From the NCBI GenBank assembly GCA_001599295.1, contig BCGN01000002.1, forward strand, positions 1,550,001 to 1,614,000: a stretch of 64,000 nt of DNA, in the 5' to 3' direction. Each line of letters begins with the position of its first letter. Position 1 is the stretch's first letter. Under the pieces are notes generated by a model. The model was given only the letters and a program-made list of their open reading frames with translations, ran no database searches and was not told the DNA's origin. The DNA is from Sporopachydermia quercuum. Lineage: Eukaryota. Both the position numbers and the translations under genes were made by a program. Shown here piece after piece: positions 23,654-35,044 of the stretch.

Positions 23654-26182
23654 TCATTTCCTTCCCTTCTTCTTCTTTGCAATTCTCTTCAAAGCCCTTT
23701 GTTCATTCTTCAAAACACCGTCAAGCATTTTATATTTACCTTTAACACCTCTTGGACGACCAACCAGTCGCTTATTTTGACCTTTGGCAAACACAACAGT
23801 TACCTTAGGCTTTTGCTTCTTCTTAGTCATCTTACCCATTAATTTAGAGATCTCATTAGCCTTCTCAAGTTCACTCTTATCACTATCATCATTAATAAGG
23901 TCAGACTTCTTACGAATCTTCTCTAATCTTCTAGCAGCACGTAACTTCTTTCTTGATTTAGCTTCCATCACTTTCTTAATAGGTCTAGCATTGAGTGCTT
24001 TCATTTTCGTTTGAATAGCATGGGCTGCTTCTTTAGTTATAGGCTTGATGAGCTTTGAATGTTCTGATTCTTCTTCTACAAACCATTCAGGTAAACCCTC
24101 AGTGTCACGGAATGAATAACGATTGAATCCTTCATCAGCAACAGCATGAACGGTTTTTCTTTTCAAAGCCAAGTCATGTGCTATGGTCATTGCTTGTGCA
24201 GTTACCAAGTCAACCGCAGGTCCAGCATCTATACTTCGGTAGTCAGCATCATCGTCTACTTCTGAATCGGAGTCTGCTTCTGAATCTGATGCTAATTCAA
24301 AATCATCATCATCAATGCTGGCATATTCTTCTTCTTGACCTTCGTCTCCATCGCCAGTGACTGTTTCATTACTTTTAGAGCCATTAGATNTCTTACGGGT
24401 ATCTTGTTTCCTACTACCATTAGTAGCAGCAGCTCCATTGACAGCAATCTCTACATCTTCATCACCGAATTCAGAGAAGATAGAATCGTTGAAAAACACT
24501 GCTGCTCNTCTACTGAGCCCATTTTCAGTAACTATAAGCTTTTTCTTGCTTTGATCATCGTTGGCGTCCACTTCGCCTTCTCCATCGCTATCATAAGCAA
24601 CAGCATCAGAATCATCGTCGTCATCCACAGTTCCAGTTTGTTTTTCGGTAATTCCATCCCATTCATCGTCAAACTCTTTTCCAACGGCTTCTCTTGCTTT
24701 TCTTGCTCTGAACCGTGCATCTCTTTCAGATTTACGTTCTTTATATGCCTCATACATATTATCTAATTGTGATTCTAATGTATCTAACTCATCAGCCGAG
24801 TCTTCATCATCGAAGTTCTCACCGTCGGAATTATCTCCCACGTGGATATCAACATCTTTGATTATTTCTGCTTCCGAGAAAACCATTGCTCTTTTACCCT
24901 GGGCAATACCATCTAATTGACCTGTTTGTTCAGCATGTTTCAAATTGAATAAAGTATCACGTCCTTGGTTACCAGCATCAACACCTAACTCCATTGGAGA
25001 AATCATGTGCAGTTGCATACGTTGAATCTCTTTCTGTTTCGACTCGTTTGCTCTTCTTTTTTCTCGCTTCTGTCGTTGTTGTTGTTTGTCTTTTAACATA
25101 CTTAGTTCTTTCTCGATTTGCTCTTCTTCTGATATGGGTGCTAACTCTGACTTCAAATCAGATGCCTCCTTATTCTCATCTAAACCAAGGGTTTCTCTAG
25201 CTAATATTCTCCATCTTAGGATACTTCTGAATTCTTTTCTTCCGAGAACTTTTAAATCCTTGAAACATTCAAATAATTCAGGTGTTGACTGTTTTAGCTT
25301 TTTAATTGGTTTCCATTCAGGATCCTTCTTAACTGCATCATCAACAACTAATTGAGACATTGATCCTAGAATTGAGATTGGGTCTTCTGCCTTGATAAAA
25401 TCTATAGCAGAAGTGGTATGAAATTGAGTATAATCTCCTTCTTCATAACCATCACGTTTCCTCTTTTTGACTTCAGGGTTGAACACTTTTGCTTCATAGT
25501 TCGTTGGGCCTTCTGGTAATTCTTCAAACACTTCCTTTGGATCTAAGAGACGAGGATCAAATTTTTTTGGCGCTTTGAATCCTTGACAAACAACAAAAAT
25601 TTCAGCAGAAACATTACGGGAAGAAGGAGGTTTTGTTGCTTCGACTTTATTGAAAAACTGTTGAAATACCCACATTAAATTATTATAATCTTTTGATCTG
25701 AAAACTTTAGTAACGAAAATACCATTAGGGGCCAGGAATTCAACTGCCAATTTCAAAGACATTAATACAAGTTGAGATTGTGTGAAAGCATCCTGATTCC
25801 AAGATAAACCAACGTTAGGAGCACCATCATGCATAACAACATCAGCTTTCCAAGTCTTCATATGGCCTCTTAGTTGTGATCTGCAATGTTCTGTTGTGAT
25901 ATCTGATTGAAATGTAATAACATTAGGTAACGGCTTGATTGCAACTAAATCTACACCAATAATTAGTGAATTGATGGGACATAATTGAGATGCCACTTGA
26001 CACCAAGATCCTGGCGCCGCACATAAATCAATAACCACTTTGGATTTCTCTAAAAAGTGTCCATATTTTTCATTGATTTGTATAATCTTGAAAGACGAAC
26101 GGGCTCTATAACCCTTCTCTTTAGCTAACCTGTAGTAATGATCTAAACGACCTTTACCAAACTTCTTTTGTGCTTTACCCAT
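23654..26182 (-). CDS. SPB1: AdoMet-dependent rRNA 2'-O-methyltransferase
   Basis: GKGRLDHYYRLAKEKGYRARSSFK, DLCAAPGSW, HDGAPNVG, TKPPSSRNVSAEIFVVC, C-terminal NARPIKKV and KGKYKMLDG. Confidence 0.98.
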   Translation of the reverse strand: MGKAQKKFGKGRLDHYYRLAKEKGYRARSSFKIIQINEKYGHFLEKSKVVIDLCAAPGSWCQVASQLCPINSLIIGVDLVAIKPLPNVITFQSDITTEHCRSQLRGHMKTWKADVVMHDGAPNVGLSWNQDAFTQSQLVLMSLKLAVEFLAPNGIFVTKVFRSKDYNNLMWVFQQFFNKVEATKPPSSRNVSAEIFVVCQGFKAPKKFDPRLLDPKEVFEELPEGPTNYEAKVFNPEVKKRKRDGYEEGDYTQFHTTSAIDFIKAEDPISILGSMSQLVVDDAVKKDPEWKPIKKLKQSTPELFECFKDLKVLGRKEFRSILRWRILARETLGLDENKEASDLKSELAPISEEEQIEKELSMLKDKQQQRQKREKRRANESKQKEIQRMQLHMISPMELGVDAGNQGRDTLFNLKHAEQTGQLDGIAQGKRAMVFSEAEIIKDVDIHVGDNSDGENFDDEDSADELDTLESQLDNMYEAYKERKSERDARFRARKAREAVGKEFDDEWDGITEKQTGTVDDDDDSDAVAYDSDGEGEVDANDDQSKKKLIVTENGLSRXAAVFFNDSIFSEFGDEDVEIAVNGAAATNGSRKQDTRKXSNGSKSNETVTGDGDEGQEEEYASIDDDDFELASDSEADSDSEVDDDADYRSIDAGPAVDLVTAQAMTIAHDLALKRKTVHAVADEGFNRYSFRDTEGLPEWFVEEESEHSKLIKPITKEAAHAIQTKMKALNARPIKKVMEAKSRKKLRAARRLEKIRKKSDLINDDSDKSELEKANEISKLMGKMTKKKQKPKVTVVFAKGQNKRLVGRPRGVKGKYKMLDGVLKNEQRALKRIAKKKKGRK

Positions 26183-28511
26183 CTTGACCTAACAATGAGC
26201 TTTGATTCCAATTCGATAAAACTGAAATTTTCTACTTGCTAAGAAAGTTGATCTTTCATATCNCTAAAAATCAAATGATAAGATAATGAAAGGAGGACAG
26301 TTGCAAATGAATTGAATTATTTCACTTACAGAAATTAAAAAATTTTTAATGTAGAGAAGAAATTTGAAACGGAAATTTCGTATCATGTGATTGTATGAGC
26401 TAGGACATTGACGCGCCATTAGGATACTGAACAATATTGGATTTGAAAGACTAGACAGCTATTTGATAGGAAATAAGCTGGATAATAATTTAGCAAGAAA
26501 ATAGTAACATATATAATTTTGGGCCTTCATAATTTAATCATTGTTCGAATGAGGGTACTTTAGTTAGATGATTTTACTGTAATCTTCCGAGAGACATATG
26601 GCTGTTTGACAGACAGGACAATATATATGACAATACACTTTCTCTGACAATCTTTGTGACTTGAATCACCGTTTTAACGTCGAATGGTTAATAAAGAAAA
26701 CGATAAAGAATAGATAACAGGACTCCTGAAAATGGTTTGAGCTTTGAATCATTGAACCAAATAAAAAGGTGGGTTAATCTTTATTACTAAAACATTCAAA
26801 TAAAGCAATTCTGCTATGTTTGATTTAAAAATACCATGCGTTTCTTGGGTCTTCAGGCGTTTGGTACAACTAGTACGGGAAGCATACCAATTAGCGATAA
26901 GTTTTAAGACTTAGCCAATTGTTCCGTTTCAGCAAAAAAACTGCTCAATAATAGCAAATATATAAAATCAAATAGTAGTTATATCATTGATTACTTGAGT
27001 TTCTTCTTTTATTTGAACATGTGTATATTGATTATATGATCGAGATTCTAACCGCCAACTTACTACTAGCATGAGTCATTAATTTCCTTTTTTGAACAGT
27101 CTGATTGTTCGCAAATCTCGTTCCTGAAACTTTATTTCAATCGAACAAAGAACAGTTTGATGCAATATTGTAAGAGATTGAATCAATACTGAAAATATGT
27201 TATTCGTAATTCCGGTACTGTTAAGTAGCACTTATTTTTTGTTTGAGCAGTTAACTAACGCTAAGTCTTTTCTTCAAAACTCAAACAAATATGAATCAAT
27301 CGATCTAAATTGAACGTTTACCCGAACTTTCATAATTTAGGATACGACAAGAACACTCTATCACCTGAAAACAATAAAAGAACCAAAAAATTATTCTTGA
27401 TACGATAGATCAATGTATTCCGCTACCAACGCCTCTACTATCTGCATGTGTATTCATTTGCAAATATCACCAGATTCCATTCTTGCTAAACCTCTTACCA
27501 ATGCCGCTTTCAAGCGAAAGTTCAAACTACTTCTTGGACAATCACAAACTGATTTTCAAACTTCAATTCCTAGCAGTCAGTGTATTTTGACGTATTATTA
27601 AGCAACAATGTCCCAAACTCTGTCAGCCTATATCAAAATGTATATAACCGCATCAAAATATTCCTCACCCGCTCAGTAAGCAAACCCTAATACTGAATCA
27701 TGCATGATAGTGCATTCACGTACATCAAAATACGATGACATCAACTCTATCTACCTAATAATCATTAGACAACATTTAATTGAATAACCAACTATATTGT
27801 CAATCGAATTATAAACATATTCTTAAATCCCTTCAACCCTCTGAAAGAGTCATATTTCAAAGCCCTTAACAATTAGAGTTTTTCTGCTTCACCATCGACA
27901 AGTCCTATACATTCTAAGCTGCTACCTTCATAATTATATGCATCTCACCAAAACCTTATATCTTGTTCGTGTCTTCGGTGGTCAGCTGGCATTTAATTCA
28001 ACTAACAATTCATCAAATATCTTTACACTACATAAATGAAATATGATCATAATCATCTGATACCGCTTTATTAATTACAAGCTTTATTGGAAGACTGAAG
28101 AGTGCAATTATTCGAAGGTAGTACTGAATAACTCAATAGTTTTCTTAGATTTGTTCTCGAAGGTTCATTGAACGGGCTTTCCTGAGTCAATTGTTGATCA
28201 TCTCAGGGGAAGAAACGCTGTGCTTCATTCAATCGTGACGCTCAAGGCAATTGAGGTTAACATTTGCTCATTTTCCTACATATTTGAAGTCAAGATAGGT
28301 ATATTTTAGTTAATGATTACTTATTGAATATTGATTATCTGTTAAACTATCATTCCTGTTTTTTGCGACGTGAAGGTGTGCCAACATAATTAGCAAATTG
28401 AGTATAGCACCTAACCATTCATTTCCAGCCAAACAATTGAGGTATCATTTCTTGGTTCTCAAACTATTCAAAAAACTAATCATACCATTAGCCTTTATAT
28501 CTGTATATACA

Positions 28512-31016
28512 ATGTCTGAAAAACAAGCTGTCTCGAAAATCAACCGGGAACCAAGTCAGAAATGTAAACCTGGTTTCCTGAATCCAGGGGTATACAGACC
28601 TTATTACTCTACAAAGGTCAGCCAGTCTACTCTGAACTTGACAAAAATCACAATTATTGACCGGATCCTTTTATTCGTTTTATGTCTGATTTCAGTAGTN
28701 GTCAGGTTTTATTTAATTGAACATCCTACTAATGTCGTGTTTGATGAAGTACATTTTGGAGGGTTTGCTCATAAGTATTTCATCGGACGATTCTTCCTAG
28801 ATGTTCATCCACCATTAGCAAAATTGTTATACACTTTGGTTGCTTTGGTCAGTGGATATGATGGTAAATTCAACTTTGCAGAAATTGGCTTAGATTATAA
28901 TGAAGCAGGAAATGTCCCTTATGTTGCTATGAGATGCTATCCATGTGTATTGGGAGTTATGTCAATAGTTCTGTGTTATTTGACTCTGAGAGCATCTGGT
29001 GTATTGAATTGGATCTCGTTTGCTGTTTCTTTACTACTCACTTTTGACAACGCTTTTATCACTCAATCTAGATTCATTCTGTTAGATTCTCCACTAATTT
29101 TCGCTATTGCTCTCACTGTTTATGGTATGAAGAAACTGCAACTGACCCAACAGTTCACATTGAACTGGTTCAGATTTCTATTTCTAACTTCAATTGCTAT
29201 GGGCTTTTCCGTTGGTATTAAATGGGTTGGTTTGTTCACAATTGCTTGGGTTGGCCTTTTGACAATAAAACAATTATGGTTGGTCGTTGGTGATCTATCA
29301 TTGACTAACAAAGATATTACTAAGCATTTCTTATACCGTGTCTTCTTTTTGATTATTGTTCCTGCAGTTATGTATGTTGGTTTATTTGCTCTCCATTTTA
29401 TCTGTGGATCGAACTTTGGTAAAGGCTCAACCAATTTAGGGCCCGAATTTCAAGCTACTTTAAAACATAGTTTAGACTATGATAGCATTCCATTGAACGT
29501 TGCTTATGGAAGTGAAATTACTATTCGACATTACAACTATCCACGTGCATATCTTCATTCACATAATTCTACTTATCGTGGTGGTTCTAAACTACAGCAA
29601 ATAACTATGTATGAGCATATGGATGAGAATAATGTGTGGATTATTGAAAAAGAAGAAGATATGAATATTGAAGATTTGCAATCTAAACCTCTTACATTTG
29701 TGAAGCATGGTGATAGAATAAGATTGAAACATAAAGCAACTGGTAAAAGATTACATGCTTTTGACAATATAAAGCCACCAATCTCGGAACAGGATTATCA
29801 ATTTGAAGTTTGCGGGTTTGACGATAAGGTGGACTCTGTTAAATTTCCTGTGCCTGAAAATGAAAGAAGAGAGAAAAGACGGGCAAAAACTCCCAATCTT
29901 GGAAATGATTATGACATTTTCACTGTTCTTATCAGTAAGGCTCACTCCCATACTTCAGATTCTCAATCAAAACTTCAAGCTTTAGATAGCAGATTTTTCC
30001 TCAGTCATACCGAAACAAGCTGTAAGCTCTGCAGCATCGGTCTTACTCTACCTGAGTGGGCTTTTGGTCAAGCGGAGGTTACCTGTAACAATAAAGCACC
30101 AACTGAACATTCCTTATGGAGAATTGAAGAAAATTACCATCCTTTGCAAAGAGAAGAAATAGAAAAGGCTACTGAGGAAAGTACGGAAACTGCTAAAAAA
30201 AAGGACAATACTGCTCTGGAAATGGTTCATGTGAAGAAAATGAACTTTCTTCAGAAATTTCTTAGCCTTAACACAGTGATGTGGGTTTCTAATCAAGGTC
30301 TTACGGCTTCTCATCCTTATGAATCTCGTCCGGAATCTTGGCCTTTACTGAGAAGAGGTGTTAGCTACTACGCTGCAAGAAACACTGTTGTATACTTACT
30401 TGGAAATCTTGTTGTATGGACGTCAATCGTTGGGTTTATTGCTTTTTATGTTTGTTATATTGTCGTTTATGTTGTTTGGCTTAAAGTAAAAGTTAGTACG
30501 ACTTTATACGAGATTGAAGAACATCCTGAAAAGCAGCAGGTGATAGAATCTGAGCTGGAATCTATTGATTTTGCTCAAAATACAGAAGTGAATTATTTGT
30601 CACATGGGGCTGATTATTTATTAGGATATTTACTCCATTATCTACCATGGTTTCAGATGCATCGCCAACTGTTTCTGCATCATTACTTGCCAGCAGTTTA
30701 TTTTGGTATCTTATTAGTTGGGCAAACGTTGCAGTTTCTGTATGAGAAAACCGACCCAGCAAATAAGCAAAGTTGGTTTTATGTCAATGAGAAAAAATCA
30801 AAGAATAGAAGCTTCTCTAAACAGATAAAGCAAATTATTGTTTTAGTTGCATATTCCTTGGTGATCACATTAATCGTATCTCTTCCTATATTCACAGCCT
30901 ATTTCTACTACACATATTCACCATTGATATATGGAACGCCATGGAAAAAGGAGCTCTGTGAGCTATCCAAAATAAAGCCTCAATGGGACTATGACTGTGA
31001 TCAATATACTATTTGA
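28512..31016 (+). CDS. Dolichyl-phosphate-mannose protein O-mannosyltransferase, PMT1 subfamily (positional equivalent of PMT7)
   Basis: VVFDEVHFGGF, FLDVHPPLAKLLY, QSRFILLDSPL, KWVGLFT, MIR domain (YLHSH, IRLKH..TGKRLH), HPYESRPESWP, RQLFLHHYLPA. Confidence 0.93.
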   Translation: MSEKQAVSKINREPSQKCKPGFLNPGVYRPYYSTKVSQSTLNLTKITIIDRILLFVLCLISVXVRFYLIEHPTNVVFDEVHFGGFAHKYFIGRFFLDVHPPLAKLLYTLVALVSGYDGKFNFAEIGLDYNEAGNVPYVAMRCYPCVLGVMSIVLCYLTLRASGVLNWISFAVSLLLTFDNAFITQSRFILLDSPLIFAIALTVYGMKKLQLTQQFTLNWFRFLFLTSIAMGFSVGIKWVGLFTIAWVGLLTIKQLWLVVGDLSLTNKDITKHFLYRVFFLIIVPAVMYVGLFALHFICGSNFGKGSTNLGPEFQATLKHSLDYDSIPLNVAYGSEITIRHYNYPRAYLHSHNSTYRGGSKLQQITMYEHMDENNVWIIEKEEDMNIEDLQSKPLTFVKHGDRIRLKHKATGKRLHAFDNIKPPISEQDYQFEVCGFDDKVDSVKFPVPENERREKRRAKTPNLGNDYDIFTVLISKAHSHTSDSQSKLQALDSRFFLSHTETSCKLCSIGLTLPEWAFGQAEVTCNNKAPTEHSLWRIEENYHPLQREEIEKATEESTETAKKKDNTALEMVHVKKMNFLQKFLSLNTVMWVSNQGLTASHPYESRPESWPLLRRGVSYYAARNTVVYLLGNLVVWTSIVGFIAFYVCYIVVYVVWLKVKVSTTLYEIEEHPEKQQVIESELESIDFAQNTEVNYLSHGADYLLGYLLHYLPWFQMHRQLFLHHYLPAVYFGILLVGQTLQFLYEKTDPANKQSWFYVNEKKSKNRSFSKQIKQIIVLVAYSLVITLIVSLPIFTAYFYYTYSPLIYGTPWKKELCELSKIKPQWDYDCDQYTI

Positions 31017-31497
31017 TTCTAGATTTATTAAGGATTATGCATATGGGTAAATGGTATATCTTTTACCTGTTGTTACAGAAGTACTTGAATAAAAACTAAC
31101 AAAAATGATATATCATTTGTTTACTGATCATTATCTGTCAAAACAGACAATATTTAGAGTAAAAAATAAAGGTTAAATACATAAAAATCATAAGATCATA
31201 AAAGTTTAAATACCAAAAAACGTAAGCCAATATCGTAACTAATAAGAGAAGAAAAATGAGTAACAAATGATGAAATAAACAAACTATAATAATCAAAACG
31301 CCGGTCATAATAAAAAATATAAACTTGGTCGATATAATACAAACAATAAAAAGCATAACGCTTGAACCACCTGATAAACTTAGATACTGCCAGCGTTCCC
31401 TGAGCTTGATTCTTCAACATAGCCATAGTAAATGGACCATATAATTTAGAACCATCTCTTCCTTGTGAATATAAATGTTCAGTCCTCCTTTCGCCCC

Positions 31498-31911
31498 TTA
31501 AGAGTCACTGATACCGTTAGCGACTAATAAGATAATCTCATCACACCATTTCAAAAGCTCGTTCTTCTTCTTCAAACTCTCCGTTCTTTTCTTTTCTATT
31601 GTCTTCAGATCAGATTGTAAATCAGATAATCTATGTATCTGTTGACTTGCACTAATTCCAATACCTGGAAGTGAAGATATCAAAGCCAATATTTGTCGCG
31701 TCTTGATAATCAAATCTTTCGATAGTTCGTCAATTGTTGATAGAAACTCATCCTTTGGTGCCGGTGCTATCGCTGGATCTTCAACTTGTGCTTCATTTTC
31801 ATTAACAGGAATAAATGTATGACTAGAATAAACATAATTCAATGTAGCGCAAAATTGCTCCAGTAACTGATCGTAACATATTTGCAATTGCGTAAGCTTG
31901 TCTGAACTCAT
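31498..31911 (-). CDS. SRB7: Mediator subunit 21
   Basis: DKLTQLQICYDQL, DELSKDLIIKTRQI..LISSLPGI, C-terminal coiled coil. Confidence 0.94.
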   Translation of the reverse strand: MSSDKLTQLQICYDQLLEQFCATLNYVYSSHTFIPVNENEAQVEDPAIAPAPKDEFLSTIDELSKDLIIKTRQILALISSLPGIGISASQQIHRLSDLQSDLKTIEKKRTESLKKKNELLKWCDEIILLVANGISDS

Positions 31912-33505
31912 CTTTGTCGATTTCTCTTCTACCGCGCACGCTTATTTACCCTTCTTTCTTCCTAATATTCTATAATCTTATTAAATGATAACGAATTTCT
32001 AACGACGCTTCTCTTATGGTTCCTTCACTAATCAGCAAAATTCAATTTATATAATCCTGACGACTAAGCTTGCTCTAAACCAAAATAATATAGCGAACGA
32101 AAGCCAATGCTGCTATACAATAAATTGAAACTGTTCTAATCTTTCTCAAAATTGTAAAAGCGAATGTACTGAACAGATATATTATCGTAACTATTATTTA
32201 AATTTGATTAAAATCCAAAAAATATTAAAAAAGAACAGATTCTCTCTCTCATCTATTACATTTATTTATCATATACTTGAAAGATGAACGTAGAACATTC
32301 AATTGGTTCTCCTCACTACAATGAGACAAATTGAAGAAACGAGCATCGATGACACCAACATACATGTCTACATTTTATTACTGCGAATCCAGGCCATTTG
32401 TTTGGTTTGTGCTCCCAAAAAGATCTTTATGCAGGCAATTAAGCTCTAACTTAGTGGAACACCAAAAATTTTGTTGGGGAGTTTAAATATCATTATTTCT
32501 GAAATTGCTTCAGAATACCCCCTTAAGCAGAAGCCGAGAAGATATATGAGTGTCTCAAGATAGGATAGAGATAATGGACGACCTACTGTGTGTGACCTAT
32601 AAAATGTATGTCCATAGAATTACCTATACATTCACTATACATAACTGTACAGCTATCGGTAAATATATGACGAACAAGAATTGGATATTTTCAAATCAAT
32701 AAGCAAATACTTAAGCCTGATTTTCGTTGGATTTGATAGTATTTTAGAGTGACTTTGATTTAAGTGTAATTGTCTCCATGATTTCTATTTTTCTGCAATG
32801 CGGACTGCACCATTCCTGCAGATTAAATGCAGGAACACTGTAGTTAAGAGGTGGCCATCATTTGTTCATACATTGCTTTTCTATCTTCATCAAAGTGCAG
32901 GCATATTCAAACTTCAAGAGCACGTAGAAAGTAAGGAACGTTTTCACATACTGAAATGGCTTACAGCAAAAGTTTGCCTTTTATCTGATACATATATATT
33001 ATCACCTTGTAGTTGCCAATCATGGAGGGTTTGCCAATTATGCACAATAATGCATGGTTTGAAGATCATAGAGGATTTGAAGAAAGGATTTTTCTTGGGA
33101 CACAACATACACATAAGAATGCCACTGAGAGTTGGGAATGCCGATAAATATTATTGATGATGACGAAGAGAAAGAAATACGTTAATGCCATTAGTTAGAT
33201 GATGTCGTATATGGAATGCTATGAATCATACCATGAATCATACGTCAATTATGGATGAAAATTTCAGTTGATTGGTTTTTTGTAGTGTATTTGTTCTAAG
33301 TAAAGACTAAGCTAGTTGATACCACTGATATTAGATGCGTAGTTGAATGAAGTTGTATAGTATGTTGGGTGAATACGAGGGTAATCCTGGTGGAATCATT
33401 GGAGCTTCTTTCCCCGTTGAGGTTCAAACGGAATTGTTTCCTTTGATTTTCAGTGTATCTGATGTCGTTGAAATCTCATTACTGAGATTAAAGATCGTGC
33501 ACGTA

Positions 33506-34057
33506 TCATATATCTTTTGTAGTATTCAACTCATTGACTAGTATCTTGATTCTATTTACCAGATTTGCCAAATCGATTGACAGATCTAAACTTTTTATAA
33601 AATCCTCTTGAGAAGATCTTAGAGGCATAGGTACCAAAACACCAAACATTCTTAAAGGATCCGGTAGCGACTTATCCTCCCTAAGTTCCCTTTTCAAGCA
33701 AAACTCGTTATTGTTATTCACGCTTCTGGATGCTTTTGTTAGTAGCCAACATAGAAGCATTTTAAGAACTATTCAGTAATAAACTTACATCGTTGCTATT
33801 GCTTTCATTCTATAATCGTAATAATCCCTTCCAAAAGGTTTTCCTGTGTTAGACCCTATATAATTAGCTCTAGCTAGATTTATGAACCCCTGTATACAGT
33901 TAGTTGTCACGAATCAAACATCAACGAATATAATGCTAATTCGCACCAAACTTCTTTTACTTACAGATGAGTACTGTTGTGATAGATTCCTAAGTTGAAT
34001 ATCATATTCGTCTAATAGATTCAACAGCTGTTGATACTTCTCATTCTCTATATCCAT
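33506..34057 (-). CDS. VMA22: V-ATPase assembly factor Vma22/CCDC115, 137 aa; exons 33965-34057, 33789-33889, 33506-33725
   Basis: Spliced product MDIENEKYQQLLNLLDEY..SS|GFINLARANY..FGRDYYDYRMKA..|..DPLRMFGVLVPMPLRSSQEDF. Introns 33890-33964 and 33726-33788 both have GTAAGT, ACTAAC and CAG with consistent phases. Confidence 0.88.
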
Positions 34058-34336
34058 TGTNAATCTTATACTACTTCTTTCTACTTCCTTTCTACTACTG
34101 GTTGACTAATTACTCGGTGGGCTCTTTCAATACATCAAATGATCACGACGTAACACTTCAGGATGCTTTCTTCAAACAATCCTAGTTATTAATCAATTCA
34201 CCCAAGCCTGTTGTTTCTATATTTTGCTTTCCACTATTAATATGAATCTATTCCATCGTAAGAAGCGCAGTTTCTTTCAGATTGTAACGCACGGGTCTAT
34301 TGAAGTGTCAAACTTAAGGTTTCTCTAACGGGTCCC

Positions 34337-34375
34337 GAATAATATGGTGTTGAAAACTTCAACACCACATTATTC
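34337..34375 (-). repeat. 18-bp inverted repeat (hairpin) with a 3-nt loop
   Basis: gaataatatggtgttgaa-aac-ttcaacaccacattattc; the single mismatch becomes a G-U pair on the minus strand. Confidence 0.8.
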
Positions 34376-35044
34376 AACAGTCAAAATACGAATGAAAATA
34401 AAAACTAGTTTTATTCTGTTAACTTCCAGTACAAATTCTCATCATGGCAAGAATACCAGAAACAATGATCGATTGGATTTTATAATATCATCCTTTTTAT
34501 TATAATTTAATATCAGAAGACGGTGTAAATCACGTATTTGTCAATTGTATTATTCCACACTGATGTGATGAGAGAAGTATGAATTGATTCACACTAGAAT
34601 TTTGTATCTTGATCAATAAAAGACAGTAGGAGAGTATTCTACCGAGCTGTCTATCCTTGCAGCTCGATTTTTACATTTATGTTCAGGAAATAAGTGATGA
34701 TAGTTGGATTTCTTTCAAACAGGCTTTAAAATTAATTTTCATTCCATAGATTTCAACAGTCTCATCTTTGCAATGAACACTGATCATGGATTGAACAGAG
34801 TAATTAAGCCACCGATTGATCGTTGGCATTTATTAATGCAAAACATATCGGCAGAAACTCTCAGATTCACGTTCCTATTTAAGTCCCGTTGTCATCTACA
34901 GTTCTCTTTTACTGGTAGGCCTACAAGATTCCTGATTCTAATGAAACCTCCATCAACCGAATTTATTGTCCAAACCAGGCGAAATGCATAATAATAGTAA
35001 TAATTTGAAAAGAAAATTAAAAAGAAAAATTAAAAGAAAACATG

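Noticed and set aside
26335..26349. AAAAATTTTT palindrome upstream of SPB1 as an RRPE
   Set aside because: Plausible, but it lacks the TG prefix and a nearby PAC, and cannot be told apart from AT-rich background.
31138..31426. Hydrophobic 72-76 aa ORFs downstream of MED21
   Set aside because: They are a by-product of T-rich terminator sequence on the minus strand.
32798..33157. 119-aa ATG-initiated ORF
   Set aside because: No recognisable motif and atypical Cys/His/Trp-rich composition; it cannot be supported without expression data.
34693..34783. GTGATGA..CTGA pair spaced like a C/D snoRNA
   Set aside because: No terminal stem and no convincing rRNA-complementary guide; both boxes are common by chance.
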